Below, piece after piece: positions 1 through 14,077 of a stretch of 64,000 nt of DNA. Source of the DNA: Azolla caroliniana (lineage: Eukaryota; Plantae; Polypodiophyta); contig JBHGNT010000001.1 of assembly GCA_043228905.1 (NCBI GenBank), positions 30,876,001 to 30,940,000 on the forward strand, in the 5' to 3' direction. The translations under genes were made by a program, and so were the position numbers. The notes under the pieces are model-generated. The model saw only the letters and a list, made by a program, of their open reading frames with translations, had not been told where the DNA came from and did no database searches. Numbering within the stretch: position 1 is the first letter of the stretch; the number at the start of each line of letters is the position of its first letter.

Positions 1-645
1 AGTCTGCATATGTCAACCGAAGAAGGAGATCTCTCAGTTCAGGTATGGAAACGGAATGATTTCTGCTTAATGCGGCTGTTTAATCGACCAAATTTCCTTC
101 TTTGGACTTGTACCGGGCTTTTCGACTTATTTCGACCTAGTTTCAAGTCTGTCATTGGTTAACTGAGATGAAAGATCTCTTTGTTCAGTTATGAAAATTC
201 ACCGGTTCTTGTTAAATTCGACTGCGTAAAAGTGGTTTCCTCATTCTTTGCACCTGTATCAGGATTTATTCTACTCGCGTTGACCTTGTTTGAAGTTTTT
301 ATATGTAAAATTAAGGGTGAGAACCTCTCCCTTAAAAGTATGGAAATGGGCTCATCATTCCCTTCTGCATTCGACTGTCTTCCGTTCTTTGCATCTGCAG
401 CAGGGGATCTATTCCACACGTTTTGACCTAATTTCATGTCTATATTACATGTCAATTGAAGGGTGGTGATCTCTCCCTTGAGCTATGGAAATGCACATAT
501 TCTTGTTTAATTGGATTGTGAAAAAGTCATTTCTTCCTTGCATTGCATCTGGAACAGGCTTTATTCTAGTCGTTTGACCTAGTTTCAAGTCTTGTATATG
601 TCAGCTGAAGCTGTAAGAACTCCCCAGTTCAGACATGGAAATGCC
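1..645. repeat. Degenerate ~147-bp tandem repeat (>=4.5 units) upstream of the HAC start codon
   Basis: Motif GACCTAGTTTCAAGTC and variants at 134, 282, 425 and 576 (spacing 143-151 bp). Each is followed by ATGTCAA..GAAG..GATCTCTC..TATGGAAAT-like sequence. The array continues off the left edge. Confidence 0.75.
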
Positions 646-731
646 ATGAATAAAGCACAAGTCATTGTTTTTTATGTTTACATCGTATTATTTTATTTTG
701 CAAGTATGTTTGCATTTTAATCAGGTCTAGT

Positions 732-1068
732 TAGCAATCACAATGATTCAGTCTGGCTCAAAATGAAATCGTTTAAAATAAATGAAACTTGAATTAAACC
801 TTGAAACTGTTTAAAATGAAACCATTTAAACTGACCTGTTTAAGAGACTCTCATATCTAAATCATTAACTTTTCAGAAAGTCATTTGCATGAAAATTAAA
901 ATTGAAAATCAACTGATTAATTGTAAACCATTAAATGAATACATTTCAAGATGAACCAAATCAAACAGTTAACCGTCATTGCAAAATTAAACCAAATCCT
1001 AACTGTCTTCCAAGTTTTGAACCGAAATTAAAGCCATTAACATGTTAAACCACAGTTACTGATTGCTA
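732..1068. mobile_element. Old hAT-type MITE
   Basis: TIR TAGCAATCA (732-740) / TGATTGCTA (1060-1068). Flanks GGTCTAGT (724-731) and GATCTAGC (1069-1076) match 6/8 as an 8-bp TSD. The interior is rich in decayed AAACCG/TTAAAC subterminal motifs. Confidence 0.6.
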
Positions 1069-1489
1069 GATCTAGCTCTACCTGTCTTAATCATGTAAAG
1101 TCTATATCATCAATTGGATACAGCACAAGTCATTGTGGGACAATCATTGTTTTTCTGTTCCTATATCATTTCCATCCTTTTCTTAGTAGTAAAATTGCTT
1201 CTTATTCAGACCTAGAGCTTGTTTATGGGGCAATCCATGACATTGCTCAGAAGTTACAAATGTCATTCTCGTGACAAACTTTCTCTGATAATCTATACCA
1301 GTGAAATTAATGTTTTGTTTATGTTCATGCAACGTTACATCTGACGAATTTTCTTTTGGTCAAGAATCCTCACTCTCCTGTCCATAATGCTATTCTCATT
1401 TTGAATAATATGCTAACATTGTGTTTTATAATCTTGGGTAAAAGTGAATCAGTTGTGCCAGAAGTTTCTCAATTAGAAAGAAGCTCAGG

Positions 1490-4400
1490 ATGCAGAATCA
1501 GGCTCAGATAGCTGCACAGAATGCTCATGCTACACAACTTTTGATGAATGGGGCAGCTATCTCTCAAAAGGGCATGGCTTCTCGACGGAAATCTTGGCAC
1601 AGTGATAGTGATTTAAATCTCAGGAGAGAAGTTTTTTCCCACATGTAAGTTTTTCTTTTCTTTTCTCAAGTCTCCTTTATCTTGCGTCCATCAGAGCCCT
1701 CCTTTTTTTTAGCTGAAGTCTTGTAACATTTTATTTTATTTCACCAATTGCTTTAGTGCAAGGCTCATCCAGAAGCACAATCTAGAAAGTAAATTGCCAG
1801 CTTTGGCTCGTGAATTAGAAAGTGCATTATACTCTAGCGCAGACTCAAAGGTATGATTTATGCCATTTGGTAAATGCAACAAAACTTTGACTTGAAGTGT
1901 TATTCACATCTGTTCTCATTCTCGACAGGAAGAGTATGGAAATTTAATAACCCTAGAACGCCGAATATGCACTTTAATGCTGCACTGGAGAAATAGACAA
2001 AAAGCTGCGCAGTTTGCAGTATTACCAACCTCTCATGTTTCTGAAGTTCCATCTCATTCAGGTGGATACCCAGGTTTCACTTTGCTTCCTGGAAGCAACT
2101 TTCAAAGCTCAGGAACAGGAAGGATTCTCTCTAACCATACCGGACCAAGAGTCTTGATGAATTCAGGCAGTGTTTCCACAACTCCTTCAAATGATGTTGG
2201 AGGTGTTAGGCAAGTGTCTGGTTTGAGTCACAATGCCCTCATGTCTCCATTAGGGCCAGCTCCTTTACAAGGTTTTAATGTAGCAGATAAAAGTTATCAG
2301 GATCAGGTGCGATACTTAATGCGTGGTTCAGGACTTAGTCCAGGAATATCAGGACAATTCCCAGGGTTCAGGTGTGGTGCAGGTGCGTCCATCAGGACAA
2401 CAAATTCTGTACTTTTTCTCAATTAAGAGGAGTATAAATGTTTGCCAGGTTTATGTTTAAAAAGAATAATTAAATATGTTGTTATATCAATGTAGCCTAA
2501 GTGATCTAGGTATCATATTGTCGTCAAAATATAAACTGGCCTTATTTTTATGAAATGTAAGCCTTGGAAGTCCTATAATTGCCTCACACAGTTTTAGGAA
2601 ATATTGGTCAGTATTGTTGCCACAAACTGCGCAAATACATTATATTGAACAAGGTTACTTCCATAAAATAGTGGGGACATGTGAGATTAGACAATTGCAA
2701 TGTAGGATTCAAAGCTAATACTTGGAAATTCAAAATTTTAGGCAAAATGGTGAGGGGTCAAGGAAAACTTGAAGTTTAGGCCAATCCCAACTCCCGTAAG
2801 GCCTGCTCAAGAGTTTGCTGAATTTGAAATAATGACATGTTATTATGGGTTGTTCTCTTCTTTGTTTCACCAAGGCAATTTCTTGCAACTCCAACATGCA
2901 AAATGTTGCCCACTTTGTGTTAAATCAAGTGGCAAAATCATTTGGACAATACTCAACCAATTAACTTGATTGGATACTTTTACTGACTTTCTGAAACAGC
3001 ATATATATTATTGTTTCTTTTGTGTGCTATTCTCATCCCTGTAGTACTTATCATGTCTTAATTTTTTTCTGATTTATACAATTGTATATTTAACTTTTTC
3101 TCATAAATTTGAATTGGTTTGATCCAAAATCACTTTGCACATGCTAGAGATGATAAATATTTAACCCTAAATTTGCATAGGAACCTTTTGAAACTTGTGC
3201 TATTTATTACATTTGAAGCCTGTTTTCTTGCTTTGATATATAAAAATGACGTGTAGGTGTTGCAAGAGATGGCACACATGGATCAAACGCTACAGAATTC
3301 AGTTTTGAGAATCCAAACGTGCAAATGGGATTAGCTGCTGGAATCGCCAACCCCAATTCACTGATGCAAACACCAGGGAATTCATTTCCCATGGGGTCTA
3401 CAGAGATGAACGTGAAGCTTCCACACAGTTATTTCTCTCAACATATGTCAAATATACAAAGGCAGAGTTTCCCTGCTCAAGATATGTCCCATGCTGGTGC
3501 TTCTCCAAATAGCCCGACCATTTCTGTAGTTTCTCAGGAGCAACAGCATCCAGGTAGAAGCATTCTGGCTTCATCTGAACAAAGTTCCAAGGAATCTGAT
3601 CCAAATTTAGTGAATGCAAAATCCCAATGTCTTCTTAGAGATCCTCTGGAACAAGATACTATAGTTGATGCATTGCTTATTGATCAACACCAATTACAGA
3701 TGAACACAGATAAACTCTGCTTGCTACAACACCAACAATTATTTGAGAATCAGGAAAGCTGGGCGGGAAAAGATACTGTTAATCACTCTTTTCCAAAATC
3801 CAATCATCAAACAATGCAAAATGGATACCAGCAAATTTCATCACTTGATCAGCAGAGTGAACACACGTGTCAAGCTAACAGCGCTGATACAGGACAGTCA
3901 GAAGTAGTGAGTAATGATGACAGCTCGGTTCCAACTCAGGCTAAAGATGTACAAATGCGTTTACATGAAATAAAAAAGCGGCAATGGTTATTAATGCTAT
4001 TCTGGCATGTCAGTAGATGTAAGAATTCAGGTCAATGCTCTGTAGCACATTGTGCATCTGGTTGTGAGATGATGAGGCATGTTACGACCTGCCAGAGTCA
4101 TCCTTGCTCAAATCCTAGATGTGCTCTTTCAAGATCTTTGCTTATACACCATAATAAATGTAGGGACTCCAAATGTGTGGTTTGTGGTCCAGTTCGTGTT
4201 CGTGTTGCACGGAGTAAAACATATAAGAACCAGGCTAAACAGACTTTAGCTAAAATGGTTCGTGGAGTTGCTTTGAGTGAAGTGGATTCACCCCCAATTA
4301 AGCGAGCAAAAATAGAAGTTGTAGCTCTTTGTGAACCTCAGGCTACATCACCACAGCAGGAACTTCAGCTCATAAACAGCTCACAAATGCAAGATAAGCG

Positions 4401-7400
4401 TACAAGAATAGATGTTGTAGCTCCTTGTGAATTCCAGGCAACATTGCAACAGCAGGAACATAAGATCACAAACACTTCACAAATGCAAGATAAGCAGACA
4501 AGATATGAAGCCGTAGCTCCTCATGAACCCCAGGCTACATTGCAACAGCAGGAACTTCAGCTCACAAACAGCCCACAAATGCAAGATCAAGTAATGCATC
4601 ATGAAACGTTGTCTATGGGTATAAATGGCCCTTCAGAGAAAAATTTAAGAGAGATGAAACACGGTGCTGAATCACCTTTACGAAAAGTTGAGTCTCCTAC
4701 AGAATCCTCAGTCAGTGCTGGTGTGGGGAGTTTAGTAACAAAAGTAGAGACAGAAAAATTGGGAAACGAGCCATCAGATGTGGAGACTAGGCAAGATGCT
4801 GCCGTGAGTCAATCTGTAATAACACCTACCAAAGCCTTATCAGAAATCACAAAATCTGTGAAAAAGAAGATTTCAGGAATCACATATATTGAGAGTTTGA
4901 CTCCAGAACAAATTAGGCAACATATTGCCAGTCTGAGAAAATGGATTGGGCAGGTATAGTATGAAGTTTAGTTTTGTTATGTTTTCATATTCATCAGCAC
5001 TCATAACTGAAAGTCTTTCTAATTTTATGTAGAGCAAAGGAAAGGCTGAGAAGAACCAAGCCATGGAACATCAAATGTCTTCTACTGCTTGCTCAGCCTG
5101 TGCTGTCGAGCATCTTACATTTGATCCAATTCCTATATTCTGTACGCAATGTGGTTGCCGCATCAAGCGTAATGCGGTTTATTACACTTCTGGGACTGGT
5201 GACAATAGTCTAAATTACTGTGGGCCTTGCTATAGTCGATTTGATGTACTTGAAAATGATGGTGTGAAGGTTCAAAAGTCTTCTCTTGAAAAGAAAAAGA
5301 ATGATGAGCATCGGGCTGAAGGGGTGAGCTAAGTGATGTGTCATTTGTTTGTAAAAGAAGTGGAATAAATTATCCATGATGCCTTATTTTTCCAGCTGCA
5401 TTTAATAACTTTCTCTTATTCCAGTGGGTTGAATGTGATAAGTGCAAGAAATGGCAACACCAAATATGTGTACTCTTCAATGCGCGTACCAACAAAGAAA
5501 GGTCTGAGTATATTTGTCCAGAATGCTGTATTGCTGAAATAGAGAGAGGAGAGAGGGTGCCACGACCTGCTAACTCGGTGCTTGGAGCCAAGGATTTGCC
5601 TAGAACAATGCTAAGCGATTTTGTTGAAGAGAGACTAGCATGGAAATTGGAACTTGAAAGAGTTGAACGCTCTAAGGCTTCTGGGAAAAGACTGGAGGAG
5701 GTAAATGACAGATATGTAAAAGTTAATAATGATGCTTTATGTATTAAAAACGGTTTTCATAAGATATTATCTACTTTCACTGCAGACTCCTACTGCTGAT
5801 GGTCTGGTTGTCCGTGTTATATCATCTGTAGACAAGAAACTGGAGATCAAGCCCAGATTTTTAGAATTGTTCCAACAAGAATATCCCAAAGAAATGCAAT
5901 ATAAATCCAAGGTTTGTCTCTCTGCATCTATCTGTAGAAACAAGGCTAACCATTTATACGTGTAATTGCATGGCAATTCAGCTTTTAGTACTTGTATTTA
6001 TGTGAATGAAAAACAAGTTCCATATTGAGAAGGTTTCCTCTATGATCCTGATCCTGATTTTTTCACTTGAATTACAGATGTTGATGCTCTTCCAGAAAAT
6101 TGAAGGTGTAGAAGTCTGCCTTTTTGGCATGTACGTGCAGGAATTTGGTGCAGATAGTCCTCAGCCTAATCACCGACATGTGTATCTTTCCTATCTGGAT
6201 TCTGTGAAGTATTTTAGGCCAGATGTGAAAGCAGTCACCGGTGAAGCTCTCCGGACTTACGTGTATCATGAAATTTTGGTAAGTTGCAGTAAAATACTGA
6301 TTTTTGAGGCATACCTGTGAAACTATGCTTCACTGTTCTTTGGTTTATTGTCATATTCTCTTTCTTTCTATGCTATAAATGTGTGGCCTTATCCTGTAGA
6401 TGTTCATAGACACCATGCACATTAAGAAGTTTTGGGTGAAGGAGATTCCTTTTTAATCACCTCTTACAAAGAGAACAATTCTTTAGCTATATTTATTTTG
6501 GTTTGTTCTCAAAGAGGAGACAATGTTTTAAGATTATGGTTCACTACACGGGTCATTTTGGCCTTTCAAAAGATGTTAATATGTATTTTTTTTCTGTTAA
6601 ACTTGTGAATATCCTAAGGCTAAGGCTAAGGCTTGGTATGGCTCAATTGCAGTAGTCCACAATGAATCTCACCATGAAGAGACTCAAAGTATGTGTTTAG
6701 GTCTTGTGGTTTCCGACATCAGTCCACCCATTTTATACTGTGATTGGCATGTCTCTCGGTACTGTAAATGCACAAATAAAATGTCTTCTCTGTAGCTTTC
6801 AAACTAGGGCATCTAGCAGGATTAACCATAAACTACAACAGTGTAAAGTTGACTAATGCACACACAAGTTTTTCACGATGTATTGGTGGACAAACTTTAA
6901 CTTCCCCACATGTAATCAAATTCTTTAAACCATTGACATATACATGCTTTCATGGTATTTTGTACATGCCTAATGCACTCACTGCATAAATTGTACTGCA
7001 TATGTACTATCTTTTATGTGCGTGAGTGCATTAAATATTAACATTAAATGCATTGTAGTTTATTCATACATGTGTAACTGGGCACTGTCGTGGTTCTTAT
7101 GCTCTGCTTTGAGTTATGTAAATATAATTTCATATACCTTGGGCAGAGTGCACAAAACATAAATAAATGAGGATAGAGCCCAGGCTTTAACAAATGTAGA
7201 ATGTTCAGGTAGGAGTTGATATAGGGCTTTACAGTTGAATTCTCGTCCTCTCTTTATGTTAGTCTTTGGAAAGGTTCTTGTCAGTGCTGGGCAATTTTGT
7301 TGGTATAGACTAGTTCAGCTCTTACAATATCAGCTTTTAGTATGTCTTCCTGATATATTTTTTCTCTGAATGTCATAGAAGTGGTCTTAAGCAGTCTGCA

Positions 7401-10087
7401 TGTTACTATTGGTTTTAACACAATATTTATATTAATTTCTAAAAGTCAGACACATATCAATTTTAGAATTCCTTTAACTCCGTGGCCGTGTTTATATTGA
7501 AATGGATGTCCTGTATTTTATACCAAATTAAATTTGATATTTTGTATATTATAAGGAATCATTCTGTGCAAAAGTTGTCAATTTAGAGAATGGATACACC
7601 TAAATTTGTCCTTTCTGCCTCTTCCTTTCAAATGTGAATATCCATTGAATTCTCTTGGTGTAAACAAGCATTACACCTGAATTTGAATGATTTTAGATTG
7701 CTTATTTGGACTACTGCAAAAAGAGAGGTTTCAGCAGCTGCTACATTTGGGCATGTCCTCCATTAAAAGGGGATGATTATATTCTTTATTGCCATCCTGA
7801 GATTCAGAAAACACCAAAGACAGATAAGCTCCGTGAATGGTGAGTTCTCAAACATTGTAACAAACAACTTACAGTTTCTATTAAGTTAATAATTTCTGAT
7901 TTCATATTTATGGTTGACATAGGTATGTTAATATGATTGCCAAAGCAAAGAAGGAGAATATTGTGACTGGTAGCAAGAATTTATATGATTATTTTTTCAC
8001 AACAAGTGCAGAGTGTAAAGCTCAAGTAACAGCTACCCGCCTCCCCTACTTCGATGGAGATTATTTACCAGGGGCTGCAGAAGACATTCTTCAGCAGATC
8101 CAAGAAGAGGAGGAAGGTCTTCACACACTTAGGAAATGTAAAACAAAGAAGGTTGCTACAAAGAGGACAACCAAGACTTCAGCACAAGCAGACATTGGAG
8201 GCAGCATGTCTAAGGATCTTCAACTAATGCAAAAGGTAAGGAGAAGTGAAAAATGAGACATTATAATTGCAAAATTATGTTTTCTAAAAGGTTTAATGTT
8301 TAAGTATGTTTCAACAATATTCTCTTTTCCTACTTACCTCAGCTTGGACAATCAATTTCCGCGATGAAAGAGGATTTTATTATGGTTCATATGCACCATT
8401 CTTGTTCACGTTGTCGTAACTTCATTATCTCAGACTACCGGTGGTTCTGCCAACAGTGTGGGGATAACTTTCAGCTCTGCTCTCAGTAAGACATTTGAAA
8501 CTGCTGCTTCCTTGAATTCCAACTGAAAATATTGGAACTTTGAAGTTACTTAAACCTCTCTAATTGAGTATGAGGCGAGTCATTATTAACTGGATTGACT
8601 GTTGCATCCTTGCATTTAAATTACAAATCCTGGTGTTTAAAAACTATCTAGAGGTTTCCAATGTGTGTAGAACTGTTTCATTATTGGGCTTTATTTATGG
8701 CAGCTGTTTTGAAGATCATCAAAAGCTTAGTGATGATGAGCGACATCCATTTGGCAAGAAAGAGTGTCATGTATTGATTGCGGTAAGCATGATAAAAACA
8801 GAAAATATAAGACTTCCTTGCAGAAGTATTTGAAGATCTGACATTGTGTAATTGTCTTTCCTTAGGAGGAGGTGCAAGGTATCCCTACGGATACAGTAGA
8901 CAAAGATGAAATTATGGAGAGCGAATTTTTTGACAACCGTCAAGCTTTCCTAAGTTTATGTCAAGGCAATCAGTATCAATATGATACACTCCGCCGAGCA
9001 AAACATTCTTCCATGATGATATTGTACCATCTACATAATCCAAGTGCACCTGCTTTTGTGTCGTCCTGTACGATCTGTCACACTGAGTTAGATGCCGGTC
9101 AGGGATGGAAATGCAAGACATGCCCGGATTATGATATTTGTACCAATTGCTTTTCAAGTGAAGAGGCTCAAAGGCATCCTCATAAGTTTGTCGCTCGCAC
9201 AATCACAGCTGATCCGACCACGGAAAACGCGAAACAACGAATGCATCAGGTGTGGGAATGCATATGATGCTAACAGTAACCTATAGTCTTTTGATGCATG
9301 CTCTTCATTTGTTTCAAAATTTAATGCTAACACACTTCTTGAGATCCTTCTTTTGTTTGATCTCTCTTTTTGTTTGTTTAATTTTTATGTAGCTACGAAT
9401 AATGCTGGATGTGCTTGTGCATGCATCCAAGTGTCGTGATGGGGCTTGCCAGTACGAGAAATGCCGAAACATGAAAGACCTGTTTAGACATGGTTTTTCG
9501 TGTACGAAAAGAGCCTCTGGTGGTTGCTCTATTTGCAAAAGGATGTGGTTCCTTCTCACAGCTCATGCTCGATCATGCAAAGACACACCATGCAGTGTGC
9601 CTCGGTGCACGTAAGTTCCAATTATATATATTTGTATTTTCTGAAGCTTCAAATATGCATGGTTGAGATATTTAATTGAGTAGGAAAACGTACTAAAATT
9701 ACCCCAAACGTTTTGTATGTTTCTGAGTACCCTTTGGCCTTTAATCCCCTACTGAAAATGGGTATGATGAAATCTTTTCGAGAACCTAGTGATTATATTC
9801 TGGTAAATATCTAAACGTTCAGCTGTAATTTTGCTGTTGTCGCCCAAACAACTGTATATATATTATTCTGTCTGCCCAAGTCTAAATTTTTTACTACTAA
9901 ACATATAATTTTGGTAATTGTCCCCATATGTTAATCCTTTTGCTGAACCTCTCACGTGTATTTTTATTTGTCCAGGGATCTAAGGAAGCATTTACGAAGG
10001 GCACAACTACAGCAAGAATCACGTCGCCGAGCTGCAGTCAATGAAATGATAAGGCAACGTGCTGCAGAGGCAGCAAGTGGACAATAA
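1490..10087 (+). CDS. HAC1: p300/CBP-family histone acetyltransferase (HAC1/HAC12-like), ~1561 aa
   Basis: Hand-spliced GT-AG exons 1490-1644, 1757-1850, 1929-2382, 3257-4953, 5033-5323, 5425-5700, 5786-5911, 6078-6278, 7697-7839, 7923-8235, 8343-8485, 8704-8782, 8866-9249, 9393-9610, 9976-10087 give one open frame. Domains seen: KIX-like ([21 protein letters not shown]), TAZ1, RING/PHD ([15 protein letters not shown]), KAT11 HAT ([27 protein letters not shown]), two ZZ fingers and TAZ2. Confidence 0.95.
4300..4587 (+). repeat. In-frame 96-bp (32-aa) triple tandem repeat inside HAC exon 4
   Basis: Units start at 4300, 4396 and 4492: [32 protein letters not shown] / [32 protein letters not shown] / [32 protein letters not shown]. 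Confidence 0.95.
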
Positions 10088-11047
10088 TGAATTTGCTGTA
10101 CAGCTTTTTTTCTTGCATTTCATATAAGAATCATGTGATCCTACTACTCCAAAGGCATTGGGTCCTAGTGTGATAGGATCAACAAGGAAAGTGTACATAA
10201 TCAAATGAGTGGTTGTATCTCTACATACAAAAAAGGGACTGTAGGGAAGGAAATCTACAGTCTGTAAAATCCTAGTTTTAGTGGTTTCTTCCAAGTCGTT
10301 TTATTTATTCACAAGACTACTCCATGTGCCTAAATTCACTGAGAGGCTTTTTGTATATCTGTCAATTCACATCCAATGAATGTTTTTTTTTGATGGAATC
10401 TGTCAAAGGACTTTTTTCCAGGTCTCCCTAAATGCATAGCAACGAAGGTGCAACACATTGAGTTGGCTATTGGCCTATATTAGTGGTAAACAGAAATTAA
10501 GTTTGTAAAGGTGTTGAGTTCGCTATCATCCAAGTATTGCTTGTAAAAATATCTTTCCCTTCTTTTTGTAGGAACACAAACATGATAGTAAGGTATTGAG
10601 TCGATGTTTTGTCATTACCCACTAATATAGGCAGTGTGAATTGTGATGTTCTGATTGATAACTTTAATTTTCATCATTGTAGGCTCAACAACCAAGAGGC
10701 TCTCACCCTCACCCAGCTTATGTATGTTGTGATTTTTGAAGGTTTCTGTGATTTTTGAAGGTTTCTGAAAGGACATTGAATATATCGTTTCAAAAAGCAT
10801 GGTTATGCCCACTTGTAAGACTTGAGCCACACGAATGGGTGTATATCATGAATTTTGAAGGTTTTCAAAAGACAATGAAATCGAGAATATAAGCCTCATT
10901 GAAAGATGTATTTGCTATGAGCTTGTTAAATGTATGCAGGACTCTTTGAAGGAGACTTTAGAAGTTGGTGTATGCATGCGTCCCCTTAATATTAGAGTAA
11001 TTGATAGACAATTCCATCATCAATGTGAGATCATGACACATCCAAGG

Positions 11048-12160
11048 CAAGGTTGTTACGTACGTTAGATACAGTACGGATACCATACGTATATAACGTA
11101 TTAATACTCATATAGTACCTCCCAATTTAAAAATATGTTAAATACGTTTTTTAAAATATGTTAAATACTTATAAAATATGTGTATTTTATGTTACGTTAA
11201 ATACTTTTAGAATTTGAAAATTATTTACCTTTGTAAAAAATATCTGTAATATTATAAAAAATATCTATGTTTACACAAATTTGTGATGCACAATATAGTT
11301 CTACATCCTAAAATGCATATAAGACATTCAAACATTTCACATCCTAAAATACTTGTAATCATAGTATGAACCATACTACCATACGTGCATTCGCATTCAC
11401 GAATGTTTCAATCATTTGAGTATTGTAAACACCCTCAAAGAATGATAAATACCATACTTTTGGATTTACTATTTATTATGAGGTAACTAAACCTAAAAAA
11501 AGGAAGGAAGAAAAACTAAAAAAATATTTAAAAAATGGGAAAAAAACAAAAAAAAAACACAAGAATGTTTGAATAACATTTGAATTCGTTTTCCAACATA
11601 CAACATAGTAAAACGAATGTTATGCTAGACGAACACAAAATTTACGTACTATGCTTGTAATAATATGGATATTGACATTCACTTATTCTATAAATTAGTG
11701 TAAGTGTGTATCACGATGTTTTATTTCAAATTTTAATTATGTACGATTATGCCTTCATAGATTGAGGAATCATCTATGATTATCACATTCAGGATAGGTT
11801 TCTCTCTTCTTCTTCTTCTTCCATCTTCTTCGATTATCACATTTAGAGTCAGGACAAGTTTCTAGCTTCTTTTCTTTCTTCTTCTTCTTTGTTGTCGTCT
11901 CATATATTCTTCTTTCTTCCTTCTTTTGGCTTCTTTTTCACTAAAATCTTTTTTCTTTCTTTTGCTTTTTGTTGGGGTTTTACTTACATTTTTTTTTATA
12001 AATACGCATTATACCTATTTTTTCAAGTGTATGTTAAATACCGTATTGGACAAATGTACAAGATATTTGATTGAATAACATTGAGGTATAGTACGTACTA
12101 TACAAATCATAAGGTACTATACGTATTTAAACGTTAAATACAGGTACGTAAACAACCATG
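11048..12160. mobile_element. Non-autonomous hAT-type DNA transposon (1113 bp including a nested insert)
   Basis: Perfect 8-bp TSD ATCCAAGG at 11040-11047 and 12161-12168. TIR CAAGGTTGTTACGTAC / GTACGTAAACAACCATG. Subterminal TACGT and GTTAAATAC repeats; no transposase. Confidence 0.88.
11360..11653. mobile_element. hAT-type MITE (294 bp) nested inside the 11048-12160 element
   Basis: Perfect 8-bp TSD CTTGTAAT at 11352-11359 and 11654-11661. Termini CATAGTATGAA / TTACGTACTATG. Confidence 0.85.
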
Positions 12161-12480
12161 ATCCAAGGTGTCTGATCATGCATGATTACCATGTTAATGA
12201 GCAAATATGAAGATAAATTATATGATTATGATGCCTCATCTTTATAGAATAAAAGAATTAGACATAATGTCAATGATTCACCTTGATGAAATAAAGGGAG
12301 TTCCCACACTGTGGGCCAAAAGAAAATAACGTTTTCCGTGAGAGTTAGGTCAGAAAAGTAATGTTGTAGAGTTTTATCATAAAAATAACTTGTAATTGGT
12401 AAACAAATTCGTAAATGGAAAATAAAAAGGATCAAATAAGATGTGATGTGAGAACTTGTAGTTCATGAAAAAAGAATGGC

Positions 12481-14015
12481 TTATGAATTATTGAAAATCT
12501 TATATGATCCAACATCAATGGAGATAAATCTGATGGCCCCAATGGAACCCATTATAGCTACGCATGAGTAGACGAAAATAATGGAGGTATTTAACCCCCA
12601 AGTTAGTAGCATTTTTGGCCTCTTAACCACCAAGTAGGCAATAGATGGTATCACAAAATCAAGGGGAGTAAACCCAATGGCTCCACACAAGGCCACAAAG
12701 TCACCAAAGAAAGGCATTGCACATGCAATCAATGTTATTAACACTATGTAGATACTTGTTATTATTAATCGATTCATAATGTTTTGAATATTTAATGGTC
12801 CCTTCTTCTCATCAATGAACTTTGACTCGATATTAGCATATGTTGGTCTACAATATATCTGGCATTAAAAAGACCCAATGAAAATAAAATGTTAAAAGGA
12901 TCCATATGAGAGCAATATGTGTAGTGCAAATTTAGTTTATTTTGTATGTGTATGAATTACCCATATACACCATATTATGTGCATATTCCACGCACATATA
13001 TTCTAAGATTATTTATTTATTTATTTATGTGTGTGTGTTTGTTTATTGTGATAAGACAATAACATTATTCCAAAAGGTTAACACTGTATCTATTATTCAT
13101 ATAATTTTAACACCTATGGTAATTAGTTTCAAGAGATGGTTTTGCACCATGTTGATTTTACCTGGTAGCAACCGGCAATTTGTACTATTGCAAAGGCATT
13201 ACTTAAAAGTAGAGCCCAATTTGGTTTGCTAAAGGAGCTCAAAAGGTATGGATTCACACTTGATCCAAATGCCCAATATCCAACACATGCAAGTGACCAA
13301 TATGTAAATATGATAGTGACATAAGCTCCGGAGATGCCCTTATACATGTTCATCTTTCTTGGTTCCTTTAGTGTGCTCTGCGAAAGAATCCATTGAAACA
13401 TTTAATGAGCAAGTTCATTACAAATGTATATGGAGAGTATTACATATTGCCCTTTTGTACTTGAAAAGTAGACAGAGCCACATAATGCTAGCCAACATTG
13501 TGATTAGAACTTAGAAAAACTAATCAAAATGGGATTAGGAACAACCACAACAAAACTATGGTATGACACAACCACAAGTAGCAATCAATCACAATGCTAA
13601 GAAGCGTAATTAGCCCTGATCACAATGCAGAATTTGTATTCCTCTTAATCACTCAGAGTAAGATGGAATGGAGTCTATATTGACTTGTTTTTGCCGAATA
13701 TCCATCCATACTTTGATAATTACCGAATCACATTCCTTTTTCGGCTTGATAATTGGGTGGAAATACATGAAGTTCTTGCAAGATTACTAAATTAAATGTC
13801 AATTCGCATAATTTCCATGCATTCTACATGATTATATATTGCAATCAAACTAATTAGTTGGCTCATTTAAGAGATTTGTTCTTCATTATGCTTAGTAGAA
13901 ATTAATTATGCATTAATGGGCCTGTAAATTACTAATTATAGCTAGTAATTACTGACATAATAGTGCCTAATTGTTGTCACAAATTTAGTATCATAACTTA
14001 TGTTTGCATTTTAGC

Positions 14016-14077
<62 letters not shown>

